This document shows, one piece after another, positions 14,687 through 58,911 of a stretch of 64,000 nt of DNA. The stretch is from Amoebidium appalachense. Taxonomy: Eukaryota; Protista; Ichthyosporea. Location of the stretch: contig CAVNZM010000014.1 in the NCBI GenBank assembly GCA_963693365.1, positions 3,286,001-3,350,000 on the forward strand, written 5' to 3'. Under the pieces are notes generated by a model. The model worked only from the letters and a program-made list of their open reading frames with translations. It did not search any database and was not told where the DNA came from. The first letter of the stretch is position 1; the number at the start of each line of letters is the position of its first letter. Both the position numbers and the translations under genes were made by a program.

Positions 14687-14871
14687 TGACGCTCACACAC
14701 ACATGCACACACATGTACACACGCGCACACGCACATACACGCCGCCGGCGCTCCGCACACACGTGCGCGCACGCACACATACCACACACACAACACCGCG
14801 GCCGTGACGTGCGCGCACAGGCACATACAGACACGCAGGTCTCTCTCTCTCTCTCTCCCCCCTTATATCTA

Positions 14872-14909
<38 letters not shown>

Positions 14910-15165
14910 CCCCCCCCCCCCCCCCCCCCCCCCATATATACCTCTCTGGGTGTGTGTGTGGGGGGGCACGGTGGATTTAAATAGTAGTGATTAATACTAT
15001 TTTTTATTAATGACTACGATGATGTGAAGAGTATTCGAGTTCGTGTAACAGGGTGAACACAGGTGAGTGTGCCGCAGTGTGTTTTTGTGTGGTGGTGGTC
15101 ACGGTAGTGGTGGTATGTGAAGTTTTTTATTTTTATTTTTATTTTTATTTTTTTTATTTTTATTT

Positions 15166-15211
<46 letters not shown>

Positions 15212-15505
15212 ACGGAGAAGTGAACGGAGAAGAAAAGAAGTTTCCTTCGAGGGACTGCTGGTGGTACATCAGTGCTTGCACGTTGGGGTTGGTGGGCGTG
15301 TATGTGTTATTAAGGCAGGGAGGTGTTTATCAACGGTTTACAGCATCATATGTATAAGTGTGTGTCTGTGTTTTTTATAAAACGTTTTTTCTTTGCCTCG
15401 TAAGAAAATTTTATTGGGCACTCCGTGGAAGGCCTCACATTAGAGTATCTTACTGCATGTTTCGTTTTGTTTCAATCTATCTTCATTCCTTTTTTTCGCT
15501 GCCTT

Positions 15506-15536
<31 letters not shown>

Positions 15537-15589
15537 GGGGGATTTTTTCTTCCTTCCTAAAATGTCATTGACCTTTTGCGTGTGTGTGT

Positions 15590-15631
<42 letters not shown>

Positions 15632-16469
15632 CCGGGGTGGGGGTGTTGGGGGGGGGGGGGGGGGGGGAGTAGCCTGTGACCGTTAGGGGGCCGGGGGGGG
15701 GGGGGGGACGTATTTTTTTTTTGGTGGGGGGGGGGGGTTTGCAGAAATGATCTTTTCTTTATGATTATGCCTTAGAAAAGATCGATGTGAAATCAAAGGC
15801 TATGGCAAACTAAGTATATCAAATGAGAAAAAGACGAACGTGGCTTGCCTGTAGAGAAAATGCATGGTAAGCCAATTATTTGAAACAAAACTGTGATTAA
15901 CCTAGCATAAGTCATACACATCGACAGACATTATTGTGGAATGTGCCCCATAAGTTTTGTCCAACTTCCAACCCTCCTCCGCCCCAAAGCCTCCCCCCCC
16001 CCTCCCCCCCCCCCCCCCCCCCCCCCCCCACACACACACACATACATACATACACACTTCCCTCTCTCTCTCTCCGTCTCCCCCCCCCCCCCCCCCATGC
16101 ATCACACCCTTTCTCTACAGATCTCCATCTTTCTAGATCCCCCCCCCTTCCCCCCCCGGCCCCCCTCCCTCTTCTCTTCCCCTCCCCCCTCCCCCCCTCT
16201 CTGTCTCTCTTCCTCTCTCTCTCGTGCTTCAAGTTGTGCTTGTGCGTTTACAAACCTGTGTGTGTGTGTGTGTGTGTGTTTGTTTGTGTCATAATGTGTG
16301 TGTGTGTGTATGTGTATGTGTGTCAGTGTGTGCGTGTGTAATTGACATGCACGTGACGGTACACATGCCACGGTGAGCTGTGTATGTGTGCGCGCCCGTG
16401 CGTGTGTGGGCCGGTGCGTACGATTGTGTGTGTGCATGCACTCGCTTGTGTGTGTGTGTGCGTGCGCTC

Positions 16470-16519
<50 letters not shown>

Positions 16520-16529
16520 CGTGCGTGCA

Positions 16530-16578
<49 letters not shown>

Positions 16579-18078
16579 GCGTGCGCTTGTGCTTGTGTAC
16601 ACGTGTGCATGTATGTGCTCCTGTGTGTGTGCTTTTTCGTCTGTGTGTCACAGGGTGTACAATGACGTGTGCTTATGTATGGATTAAAATTGTTTGACCT
16701 TATGTGTCTATATGCGTGGTGTGTGTCAGAGGTGCACGTACGTACTCAGCACATGGCACTGCTGATTTTTCAATGTCGGCAGGGTACATACTGCCCGGAG
16801 TCAGCGCAGTGCATATTGCCATGGTACGCTGATAAAGTGGCCACCAGGAGTCTTACACAGGGATAGTAGGCAGCTCTATACTGTTGTTGAAAGATAGCAG
16901 ACTATCAGACCACCACGGTGAAAGCTTGAACCGCGGAAGGGATTCGAATACAACAACGGCCGCCCGTGGGGGGGCTGTTGGGCGTCGGGCGCTACGGATT
17001 TTACGTAGCCGTACGTGGTGGCCTTTCGATCGCCGGGCCGGCGCCGACGGCCGGGGAACTGGCGCAGGATATTGACCAATCAGATCCGATCTTCAGCCTG
17101 TGTGGGCACCCATAATTCCTGACTCAGCTGAGTGTGGGCACCCAAAAAACCATTATCGTTTGCACATAGAAAAGTTACCAAAACATGATTGTAGACCCAT
17201 ATAAACTTTATATGAGCATCAATCCGACACATAAAGCAAGCGTTTCATGTAAAAAAATTGGGGTGTCGGCTATACTGGCCGAAGACTAACGCGCTGCCGC
17301 AAGTGTGGGTACCCGTGCCCACATTTTGCTATTGGGGTTAGTGTTTGGAATGCGAATGTGGGAACGTTGCTGTGATTGGCTGGAGCGAATTTCCCCCAGC
17401 CACCAGCTGGGAAAAGAAGATTTCTTAGCTAGGTTACCCTAGAAAAAACATTCTACATAAAAACTTTTTTCGTGTGTATTTCAAAGACATAAATAGGTTA
17501 CAAATATATTGCCTTAGTCTTTGTCTTCGTCCATTACAGTACAGTATTCTGATGTCTGTGATAAGAAGTTATATTCTGCCAGGCTGCTACAGCAAAACAT
17601 TTCGAATCCTGGTATCACCAATTGAGTATTAAGGATTTTTTTTTAACCATGTAACCATTCAGTCGGACGGTCGTGTAGCAACTTTTGTTCTTGCCTACAA
17701 TAATTTGTAACCATAGTGTATATATGTTATTGAATTTATAAGTATCATAGACTAATTGAAATGTATAGCACAACCACAGTATCGTTCTCTGCATAATAAT
17801 TATTGGACTCGGAGTTCCATATCCGATTTCCAACCCATGGGGATCTCGCGTCCAAACATTAAGCTCGTTACTATTGGTTGGCGAACGAAATATCAGATTA
17901 TCTATACGAAAGCTGATTGGTAGGTAAAGAATTTGGCGCCAGATAGGTTAGATTCGGCTTCCAAGGCCCGAGAGGGAGTCTGAGGGGGAGGCTCTGGGAG
18001 GGGCCCGCTGAGAGGCCCGGAGCCTCGGAGGGCACCGTCACGGCCCGTCAGTCCCTGTCCGTCTCCGGGGGCACGCCC

Positions 18079-18200
<122 letters not shown>

Positions 18201-18239
18201 ACACACTCACACACACTCACACACACACAAACACACACA

Positions 18240-18290
<51 letters not shown>

Positions 18291-18376
18291 GCACACACAC
18301 ACTCACACACATACGTACACACACACACACACACACACACATGTACACAAACACGTGTACACACACACACACCGTG

Positions 18377-18414
<38 letters not shown>

Positions 18415-18579
18415 GCACGCACACGCACGCACGCACGCACACTCACACACACACACACACACGCACGCACGCACGTACGCACGCACATCCATACACAGAC
18501 ACACAGACACACAAACACACACAAACACGCAAACATAATTACAAACACACACACAAACGCACGCACATACACGCACATG

Positions 18580-18611
<32 letters not shown>

Positions 18612-18812
18612 CACACACACGTATGCGCACACGCGTGCACGCACATGTGCACACGCGCGCACGCGCACATGCGCGGACATGTAAACAGCGCGCGCACAAC
18701 CACACAAACAAATACACAGACACACACACACACAAAAACACACGCACACACGAACGAACGCACGCACACACACACACACACACACGCACGCACACACACA
18801 GACACAGACACA

Positions 18813-18889
<77 letters not shown>

Positions 18890-18892
18890 ACA

Positions 18893-18923
<31 letters not shown>

Positions 18924-19752
18924 GCACACGGGTCTCACTCACTATCAGGTTACTGTCTATGCCATTAAGTTAAACCCTCCTTTCGAATCCCGTTCATTTA
19001 GACTACTCGGTTTTGTTCTACTACTAATAGACAGTCAAAGTAATGTTTTTAAAGGCTCTAGGGGAGAAGCCAGCCAAAAAGGCTACAAATCTTACAACCA
19101 TTCCAATTTTCTTTTCTTTCTGTTTAACGAGCTTTCATATTCTCCGCATGTTTAGCATACGTGGCAGTTTCCTGGCCCAGGGAAATACATGCACTCAAAA
19201 ACGGTAGTGGAACTTGATTACGTAAGCTTTATAAGCAATGATAAATGGTAAAAATGAACAACACAAACGTGGCGGCTTTCAGTGACACAGTCATTTTTCC
19301 CGTTGCCATCACTTAATGTCCGATGATGCCACTGCTAAACATACGGATTAGTAATCCTCTCAAAAGACTTCAAACGCTACTACGGGGCCCTCGAAATGGC
19401 ATCAACTTGTGAGATAAGCTGGGTCACTGAGAGGGTAGTAGCAGGCTGGGATTTGTATTCCACGTTGGACGAATGAAAGTAAGCAAGTTTCGCCGTGGAT
19501 AAACGTTCCTAATTCTTTTTTACCTTTTCTTTTCCTTAAAGATTGCACTCATAGCCTCTATATATTGATTGATTGATTGATTCAATTGAGTGAGTGATTG
19601 ATTTCAAATAGGTTGCTGAATTATTCATTTGTTCGTTCGTTCGGGGGGGGGGGGGGGGGGGGGGTTGGATGGCTTTATCTCAAACGTATTTCTTTTGATT
19701 TGTTGCATATATATTATTTTAAATGGGTGAGGGGTGGGGGGGAAGACAGATA

Positions 19753-19809
<57 letters not shown>

Positions 19810-20962
19810 GGAGAGAGAGAGAGAGAGGGGGGGGGGGGGGAAGGTGAGGGGGGCTGATGAAAAGGGGGGAGAGGGATGAGGAAAAAAAGGAGGGGAGGGA
19901 GTGGAAGGGGGAGAATCGGATGCAGACTTTGGAATTCCCACAATGTACAACAAATCACCCCCTCCCCCCCCCCTCCCCCTTCTCACCCCCTCCACCCTTG
20001 TTTTTTTCCGACAGCTTACAACAGCCTGCCTTTGTCTTGCTTTATTGGATTACAACTTGTCAACATGGCAACTCGCGAATTCTCCTTCTTCCTTTGTTAT
20101 CCATCAGGTTGTAATTCTCAGTGTACACCCGAGCTGCGTAAACCTCATGGGACCCCCTCCTCCCCCTCCCCTCCCCCCACACTCCCACACCCACCCATTT
20201 TCTTTTTTTTTTTTCGGTTCCGTGGTTTATAACAAACCTCACTCCACAGAGTTGAGAAAAGGAAAAAAGGAAAAGAACCTGCCTGGGGCAGGCAGGGAGG
20301 GAACCGGGGGGGGGGTGGGGGTGGGGGAAGCACTCATGTCGACCCACCACAATGCCTTCTCGTCTGAGTACGAGGCATAGTGGGCCATCCGAGTCCACCC
20401 GGGCCCAGTTGAAAAAGGCACAGGGTCGATCTTGAGCGACAGTCCGGGAGGTGGGGGACTTGCACACGGTGAATGTCTCCAGTCCTAGTATCTCCATGTG
20501 TGTGTGTACATACAGTGTCAGTGTTTGTGTGTGTGTGTTTGTGTGTGGAGGGGGGGGAGGGGGGGGGAGGGGGGGGGGAAGGGGGGGAGTGTGTGTGTGT
20601 GTGCGCGTGTATGTGTGTGCATGTGTGCGGATGCTTAGCACATACAGATGCGGTCCGCCATTAAGAACCCCCCCAAAAAAGTGGTTGCGGTGCATATTCC
20701 GAGTTTTTGCATGGCCGCTATCATACTATGGTGGCACAGGACCCGGGGAAGGGGGGGGGGGGGGGGGGGAAGGGCGGACGGGGTTGACATGGGGAGTGGA
20801 GGGTTGGGGTGTGTGTGTTGAGGGGAGAGGGGGGGGAGGGGGGAAGGGGAGGGGGAGCCGGTGGGGGGCCCGGGGGGAGGGTTGGGGGGGGGGGGGGGGG
20901 GGGGGGAGACGGAGGAGACATGGGGAGGGGGAGGGTGTAGGTGTGTGTGAGCGTGCGTGCGT

Positions 20963-21017
<55 letters not shown>

Positions 21018-22461
21018 CATGCATATGTGTGTGCGTCTCTGTGTGTACAGTCAAAAAGTCATCCGTGATGGGGAGCCTGTATAAAAAAAAAAACGCCCAA
21101 AACAGGTCTAGAACGGTCACCCTTGATTTTAAAGCCCTAGCTGGGCGCCATTCCACTGTAGGTTCATATATCATCCTGCCTGTGGATATGTATATACTTA
21201 CATAAGCAGAGCCATGTGGAAGGCGATACATAGTCCCAGTTAGGTGCCACGCTATGAACACCAAATCACACTGTGGAGTCGAAGGACCACTAATTTTAAA
21301 CTCGAGGTTTACACAGCTCTGACAGGCCCGTGTGCACGCGCACATGTGCGAGCACTGACATGTACAGGGCCTGAAACTGACAAGTCCACAACCCCCCCCC
21401 CCCCCCCCCCCCCCCCTTCCCCCCCCCCCTCCCCCCACCTCCCCCTGGGGTGGCTCTTCCGAGATTTCAATCTTTATCATCAAATCAAATGGATGTGTCA
21501 TAATTGTCGTGTTTGTGTGTGCATCCACAAGACACACACACACACAAAAACACGTGTACACGTCCTTAACACACATTCACAACATGTGTGCATATAATGC
21601 ACGCCATCTTTACACGTCTATGGTGAACTGGTGCACTGATACGCATGGCTCCAAAATGCATTGATCAGTATTCGTTCGCATCTCAGGTCTAAGCTGCTCA
21701 CAAATTTGTTACGATACGTATGGTGGTTGCGAGTGAACACTCGATAAAAGAAAGAAAACGAGAAAGAAAGAAGATAAAAAGAGTGAAAAGGGGATTGGCA
21801 CACACGTATACACGCCGTACATTACGGTGCACACATGTCCATGAGGGTTTCGGTGTCAAGGGCACGTTCGCTTTCGAGCGCGCCGGAACCGAGTTGGTTT
21901 CACACACAGAGATCTAGAAAAGAATTCAGTAGTTGTGCAGGATTCATACCTTTACCAAGTATGGAAATATAAATCCTGTTTAATTGGTTTCTCGGCCGAA
22001 TCTTTGCTTCCTTAAATCCGCACCTTGTATAGACAAATTCCTAGCGTTATAATTGGATAACATTCGTGCAACATTTTCTGATTGGCTTAATTGGTGGTTC
22101 GTAATTGACCAATAGGATCGTGGGGTAGCATGTCGCACCGAATGCCCCCCGCTCGCGAGCTTGGTGCTGTCTACACTTCAAGAAAGAAAGCGCGAAGGGA
22201 AAACTATATCGGCAAACATAGATGAAAAATTCAAAAGTTAACGCTATGTTTCAAGCTAGTGCTTGAAATTATTTGCTACAAATTTCAACAACAACAATCT
22301 ATGATATTGATGCCTGTATACGTACAGGTCACCTCACAGTCACCCTTTTTGACAACACTGACAGGTACGACCCCAGAGGTTTCCTATTGGCTCCGGGAAG
22401 AAATGGGCGCGAACTCCTGGGCATTTCTCACAGGTAAAAGGGATGGGGTCTAGGCGGGAGG

Positions 22462-22468
22462 TATAAAA
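22462..22468 (+). promoter_or_regulatory. Candidate TATA box of the WOPR gene
   Basis: TATAAAA with an inverted CCAAT about 75 bp upstream. A likely 5'UTR intron follows (donor CAG|GTAAAC at 22591, branch GCTAAT at 23161, acceptor CAG at 23182), just ahead of ATG 23198. Confidence 0.45.
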
Positions 22469-23197
22469 GGGACAGGAGGAAGGAATTTGGCGTCAGAATA
22501 GCACATAAGAGGTTGGGTAACAGTGGAAACTTGCTGCATGTACGAGTGCTAGGCTACATGCGGGGAAAAGAAAAGAAGTAATTTTTGCAGGTAAACGTTT
22601 CAATATGTATTTGAGATAAATCATCTATTGTGCACTTTATTATACTTCACGGGCGCCTTATGCAAGAGTTCTAGTAGTTCTCAGTGCTTAGGGGTGCAGT
22701 CCCTCTTTCAGTCACTTATATGTTGATCTTCTCTTTGGCTATATGACTCAGAAGACAGTCACTTGTCATAGCACCGGATGCCAGACTTTCACAACTACAC
22801 ACACTACCCGGTGTTTGCAGCCATAAATAACAGCGTGGCCACTGTATATTGCAAACGAAAAGAGAACACAGACGTGTGCGCCTCTTGACTCTTGGGGTTA
22901 CGGTTTTAAGGAAAATTTGGTTATATTACAACCAACCTTTTAAAAAAAAACATCAGCATAGGTTTTTGGAAGAGTAAGGGATATCTACTGAAGTCAAAAA
23001 CTCACTCTGTTTGCAGTGTGTTATGATCACGTGCATAAAAGGGCACCTTCCAAGCTGCCCCTTTCTCTTTTTCTCGTCAATTCTTGCACACAGTTCAATG
23101 TTCCTTTCTTGCAGCACAAAAGGGCCCCAGAATCCATTCAAACTATCGCAAAAACAAAGAGCTAATGCACGAAAACGTGCAGGCTGTAACGTTAAAC

Positions 23198-27289
<4,092 letters not shown>

Positions 27290-27495
27290 TAATCACCGTA
27301 CACGCTACAACAAACCCTTATTTCCGGGCCCTGGGGATTCCCACAGGGAAAACCGTCAAGAGATCTTCGCCCAATCCGATTACGCCGATCATCGCGATCA
27401 CCAACCCAATTTCCTTCCCTACTCCGTATCGCTGCCCGATTCGGAAAAGGCCACCAAACACACGGGTGCATGTGTGAAGTTTGCAGCCAACCATA

Positions 27496-27583
27496 ACCGT
27501 GAAACGACAGTTCCCGGACTTGCACACAGTGAATCTCACCGTGAAACGACATTTCCCGGGCATATGCATGCACACAGTGAATC
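27496..27583. repeat. About 42-bp tandem duplication
   Basis: ACCGTGAAACGACA.TTCCCGG...TGCACACAGTGAATC occurs twice, downstream of the WOPR stop codon. Confidence 0.8.
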
Positions 27584-28068
27584 GGGAGCTCGATACTGTA
27601 GCAAAGTCAACGCGGATGGTGTGTATGGTCTCGATGGCGGCGGAACGATGGGGGGTTTGGAGCTGTTGGCATGGGCTGCAGAGCAAATGCATAGGTAGTG
27701 GGCGAGATCTAGATCTAACGGGAAGTTTCAGATGGATATGTTAGGATATTAGGATGGATAGATACTGTATGCGATATTTGGGATAGTATCGCATAATTGT
27801 ATGCGTGTGAAAATGGAGCCTGTATGATAATAGCTACAGGCATACGTAAACGGAATAAGATCTGTAAAAGATCACGGTGCCGGTGAAAGAAGAAGAGATT
27901 AGGATATGTACGTTAGGTGGATGGGGGAGTGTGCTTTTGGTTTTCTTTTTCCTGTTTTCGTTTCTTTCCCTTTTCCTTTTCTTTATTTATCCTTCTTCTT
28001 CTTCTACGACTACTACTTCTTATTCTTCCCCCCCCCCCCCCCCCCCCCTCCCCCCCCCCCCCCCCCCC

Positions 28069-28099
<31 letters not shown>

Positions 28100-28857
28100 T
28101 GCTATTGAGGGATGTGGTAGTGTGTTTACATGTGTGTGTGTGTGTTTGAGGGGGGGTGGGGAGGTGGGGGTGGGGGGGGGGGGGTGGGGGTGTGGGGGGG
28201 TTAGCTTCGGGTTCGAGGCGTCATGTGAAAGATCTTGAATTGTTTTATGGTCAAGAGGGGATCCTCCGTAATAAGAGTGTAATCCCAATAAATATATGCT
28301 GGTATGCAATCTGATCTCGATTGTGGCTACAAAAATTGACAAGTTGTAAGATTAGCTGCAAATGATCACTCTTGTGGGTGTGCCAGCTAATATTAGTGGC
28401 TGTCTCTGGTAGTTGCAATACATGCTTTTCAGCCTCTCGCAACATCTATACAGTGTTTGAAATAATAAGTACGAGAGGGGACTGTTTGTGGGAACGCTGC
28501 AAGTGATGATTTTGAAATTGTGGCAGTAACTGTTACACACAAAAAAGTATCCGAAAACAGTTTCCCGCGGCCGAAAAACGACCGTTTGGATTGCACTGAT
28601 AAGGGTCTCCGTGGTGTCGATGTCGACACTTCCCTCTGTGACGTAGCATATGATATGGCACCGATATCACGTCATATACACGGTGACGTCGCTATGAAAG
28701 CCACCAATCGGCGTCGACTTCACCGGTCTACCCGACTGCATGATTGGTTGTGCCTAGATATGGCCATGTTTCCTTTTTAGGTTACCAGCAATATCGAGGT
28801 TTGCCCCAGGGAGACCAACTTATGGCTGTGGGGTGGCAGTCGGGAGGAAGGGGAATA

Positions 28858-28903
<46 letters not shown>

Positions 28904-29130
28904 GAAGGGGGGGATGGATGCATTAGAGGGTTGAAAGTCACCAAGGACAAAATGCAAAACTCACAAAAAAGAAAACCCTGGGGGGAGGGGGGGGGGGGGG
29001 GGGGGGACTGGACACCGGTTGATGTAACAGCGCCTTAACAACTTGTCGTTCAGCGCGATCCAATCACACACGGGAAGCCACCAGAAAGAAACATTCCATT
29101 ACTGAGGACAGGGTATACTTCATTTCATTC

Positions 29131-29255
29131 TTAAAGTGGGGGGTTTCTTTTAGGAGATCCGAGCCGGGCCTGGCCCAAAAGCGATTTACGCTTTATGATT
29201 GGCGTGATGCGCATCAAACAGTTTTGGCCTGACCCGAAAGGGCCTATAAATCGGT

Positions 29256-29307
<52 letters not shown>

Positions 29308-29314
29308 ACTTTAA
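29131..29314. mobile_element. Small TTAA-flanked MITE (Kolobok-like ends)
   Basis: TTAA|AGTGGGGGGTT ... AAC(n)ACT|TTAA. Internal imperfect inverted arms CGGGCCTGGCCCAAAA / TTTTGGCCTGACCCG flank the palindrome TGATGCGCATCA. Confidence 0.6.
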
Positions 29315-29564
29315 ATTTCCTTGCCTGCAACAAGATTTTCTTTTTTCGTGCAGCAATCTTTATGTACACACAGTATCGCTTGTCCAAAAGGCCCCTACGG
29401 GGAGGGCAAAAAAAAACAAAAAAAAACAAAAAAAAACAAAAACCTGCGATTACGAATGCCATGGCAAAGGAGGATCCTATCAGCGAACACAATTTTGAAA
29501 ACTCCTGAGAAATACGGGATTTTACTCATTCATTCATGTGTACACATACATACTCAACAGTCAA

Positions 29565-29601
<37 letters not shown>

Positions 29602-29603
29602 TT

Positions 29604-29639
<36 letters not shown>

Positions 29640-29789
29640 GACCACAATAATAAATTAATATCCTCTTATCAGACTCTCAGCCCTTTCAGTGGTGTCGAGC
29701 ATAAAGGTAAAGGGGGATCGGGGGGCGGCGGTGGCGGCCGGGGGGGGGGGGGGGGGGGGTCTTTCATGCGATCACAGGAAATTTCGCCG

Positions 29790-56050
<26,261 letters not shown>

Positions 56051-56278
56051 GGTGACTTCTGCGGATAATCACCCACTGCTAATGCCTATAACCTATTTGT
56101 ATAATGGCCGTAAATCAGTGGCGGAATGACAGAAAGCCAAAAAATCACAGTTTTTAAACTTCCCAAAATCTTTTTAAAAGTGCATTTTGCACACTGTGAG
56201 GGCCTCGGGCGGGCACGCAGGCAAGCTTGTGCGTGTGGTTGTATTAAATGGGGTGTGATTGTGCGGGTTGGTGTGTGA

Positions 56279-56364
<86 letters not shown>

Positions 56365-58178
56365 GTGTGTGTGTGTATGAGCGTATGTGTGTGCGTGCGC
56401 GCACATGTGTGTCTGTGTGTGTCTGTGTCTGCGTGCATGTGTGTGTGTGTGTGTGTGTGTGTGCCCGTGTCCGTAAGTGTGAGTGCACGTATGAGTGTGT
56501 GTGTGTGCATGTGTTCTCAGTGCAACGACAGGGTAGTGAGTGAACCCGCTACCCTGTATTGGTCTTGTGTCCCCGTTAGTATCTTTTTTCCTGCCCAACC
56601 CCGAATATATGGTTTCCACGCACGTTTCAGTGTAGTGTGTTTGCACGTGTCTAACCCATGAGATATAAATCCATCGCACTGTCCAAAAAGGCACCAGAAT
56701 TCCTCCCGACTCTCGCAAATCTCAACCTCCCCTCCCTCTTATGCACGCAAAACCCTGATCGATCACCCCACCTCTAACAGTACCACACTTCCCCCATCCC
56801 CCCCCCCCCCCCCCCTCCCCCCTCCTCCTCCCCCTTCTCCCGCCTCTTCCCCTGTTTCCCAAAGAAAAAATACACAGCAATGCAAGTTCAACTCAACCTT
56901 TCAAATGTAGCGACGTACAGTCCAGAATCACGCAAAAAACCGGTGACGTGATACCCGACAATGGGATGCGGGATGTGGCAATCACCATGTACAACAGAGC
57001 ATCACACCTACGAGCTACTTTTCGTTGAATGTAAGTTTTCGAAAGGCAAAAAACAATCCTACACGCCCATCAGCACTGCAATTAATGTGTCCTGCAAACC
57101 AGCATCAATAGTCATGCAATAGTCATGCAATAATGAAACAGTTTCGTTCGTTTTGTTTCAGGCAGAAATGCACGTGTGTTTGAGCGCACCAAGCTGCCGA
57201 ACGGTGATTGGCTAAATATGTTTTGCGTAACACTTCCAGTCGTGTAATTGATCAAACGCGCACCCAAACCTCGGGAGTCCGAGGCTCACATGCTGTGACT
57301 GTTGCATTGCACTTCTGTGGCAGAGGCTACTTTCGCTACTTTCACTTTCGAGACGAAGTGATGCGATGTACTTGCAATCATGTGTATACTTGCGATCATG
57401 AATTCAGTTGTGTTATATGCCACCTTCACATGCGGAATACGTGTTGTGCTCTGCGTGCGTGCGTGTGACTGTCTTGTGCCGAGTCTGCGCATCTGCTGTG
57501 TGATGCATGCGTTCACGTTTGCTCCACTCGTGACTCGTTTTGTGGATGTTTGTGCACGCGCGTGTGCGCGTGTGTGCCCGGTGTGCTGTGTATGTGTATC
57601 TTTGTCCGTTCCTGGACGTGCATAACTCAGTAAGGTTCAAATCACCATATAAGGGAACATGTATACCGTCCGGCGAGTGTGTCTACAGAAAATGCAAACG
57701 TGCTCTCCGGCCACACATAGCCACCATGGCACAGGCATACAGGCACAGGCACAGGCACACACACACCGTAAGCACAAGGCGGACTTCAAAGCACGCATAT
57801 TCGCACTCGTTACTGCAATCAAACAGGCGCGCGGCCATAACAGAACCTTCCAAAGTAAGGCGTCAATTTCGATGGCCTGCACCGATCCGTTTACTGAGCA
57901 CAGCAAACTCGTTCAAAAAGACATATGCCCAACAGTCTACTTTCTGCTCGGCAGAGCTTTTATATTATTTCTCAACCCGATTTCATATATCCTATATATC
58001 TTATATCTTTCCGTAGTGCGGAGGCGTCCTTTCCTTCCAGCCAATAGAGCTTGTTCCGCAGAGCTACGGCCATGCTTTTGTGCCGGAGCTGACTTGTAGA
58101 AGCGCCAGACCAGTAGCCCATCAATCGTATGTAACGGGGATGAGTGATGCACAATTTGCAAACGCCTAAAACATACAC

Positions 58179-58520
58179 TTATCTTGAGCCCAACTTCCTC
58201 TTAACATCATCAAAAGTAGGCACCCTCACCCGGAACCACCTGCCGAACATGCCTACGTAGCATCCATCATCGGCCGCCACACTCATGATCGAAAACAGGA
58301 GGAAGTTTTGACGTTTACTCACACTCGAAGCAACGAAGGAAACGACTTTGGAGGAAACCTTATCCGCCCCATCCGCCTTCATCTGTGTTTCCAGGTAGCG
58401 TTTGAAAGATGCCTCGTTCGGGTTTGTGTATGCGGCCGCCGCCACAAAACCAACAAGCGCGAGGTTTTTGAACGTTGAGGAGCCATTTGCATCGGCCTGA
58501 ATGTTCTTGCCGCCTGCCAT
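58179..58520 (-). CDS. DUF4359-like small membrane-anchored protein (113 aa, intronless)
   Basis: Hydrophobic segment then TNPNEASF, RQNFLLFSI and YVGMFGRWF, matching the recalled DUF4359 pattern TNP...NxxxFSI...GxFG. Good AAAATGG start context. Confidence 0.75.
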   Translation of the reverse strand: MAGGKNIQADANGSSTFKNLALVGFVAAAAYTNPNEASFKRYLETQMKADGADKVSSKVVSFVASSVSKRQNFLLFSIMSVAADDGCYVGMFGRWFRVRVPTFDDVKRKLGSR

Positions 58521-58817
58521 TTTTCTTGTTTGTGTTCGCTAGTAGAAAACTTGAAATCCTCTTGTTAATTTTAAGGTTGGGAACTGGGAAGTGAAAGAAC
58601 CTCAACACCAAATAGCCTAAATAGTACTTGGCACGAAGTTTGAACCGGATTCGGAACTAGTCACTTTGAGTGCTGTCTCCCTGCAGCTGCGGCCCAGCTC
58701 AACATACCTTGTATGTTGCCGCAGGCGACAGTCACAGCAGACAAAGTGTCTGATTGCGCAAACAAATTTAAACCTACAGCAGATGGTTGGTTAAATATCG
58801 CAACAATGTTTAACGCC

Positions 58818-58900
58818 GCGTTCCTATTGTTCAACAACAATATTGCGGAAGCGTTCCTATTGCCCATCAGAAGTACGGAAGCGTTCCTATTGCCCATCAG
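58818..58900. repeat. About 30-bp tandem motif GCGTTCCTATTG(CCCATCAG) upstream of the DUF4359-like gene
   Basis: Copies at 58818, 58851, 58881; a fourth (GCGTTCCGATTGCCCATCAG) at 59775, beyond the inserted MITE. Confidence 0.8.
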
Positions 58901-58911
58901 GAAAATAAACT

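Noticed and set aside
16876-17100. GC-rich block with B-box-like TTCGAATCC, possible tRNA or SINE
   Set aside because: No cloverleaf or A-box at suitable spacing could be found.
57659-58099. 146-aa plus-strand ORF with RKHKADFKARI, vaguely transposase-HTH-like
   Set aside because: No further conserved motif; it lies in the presumed 3' region of the DUF4359-like gene.
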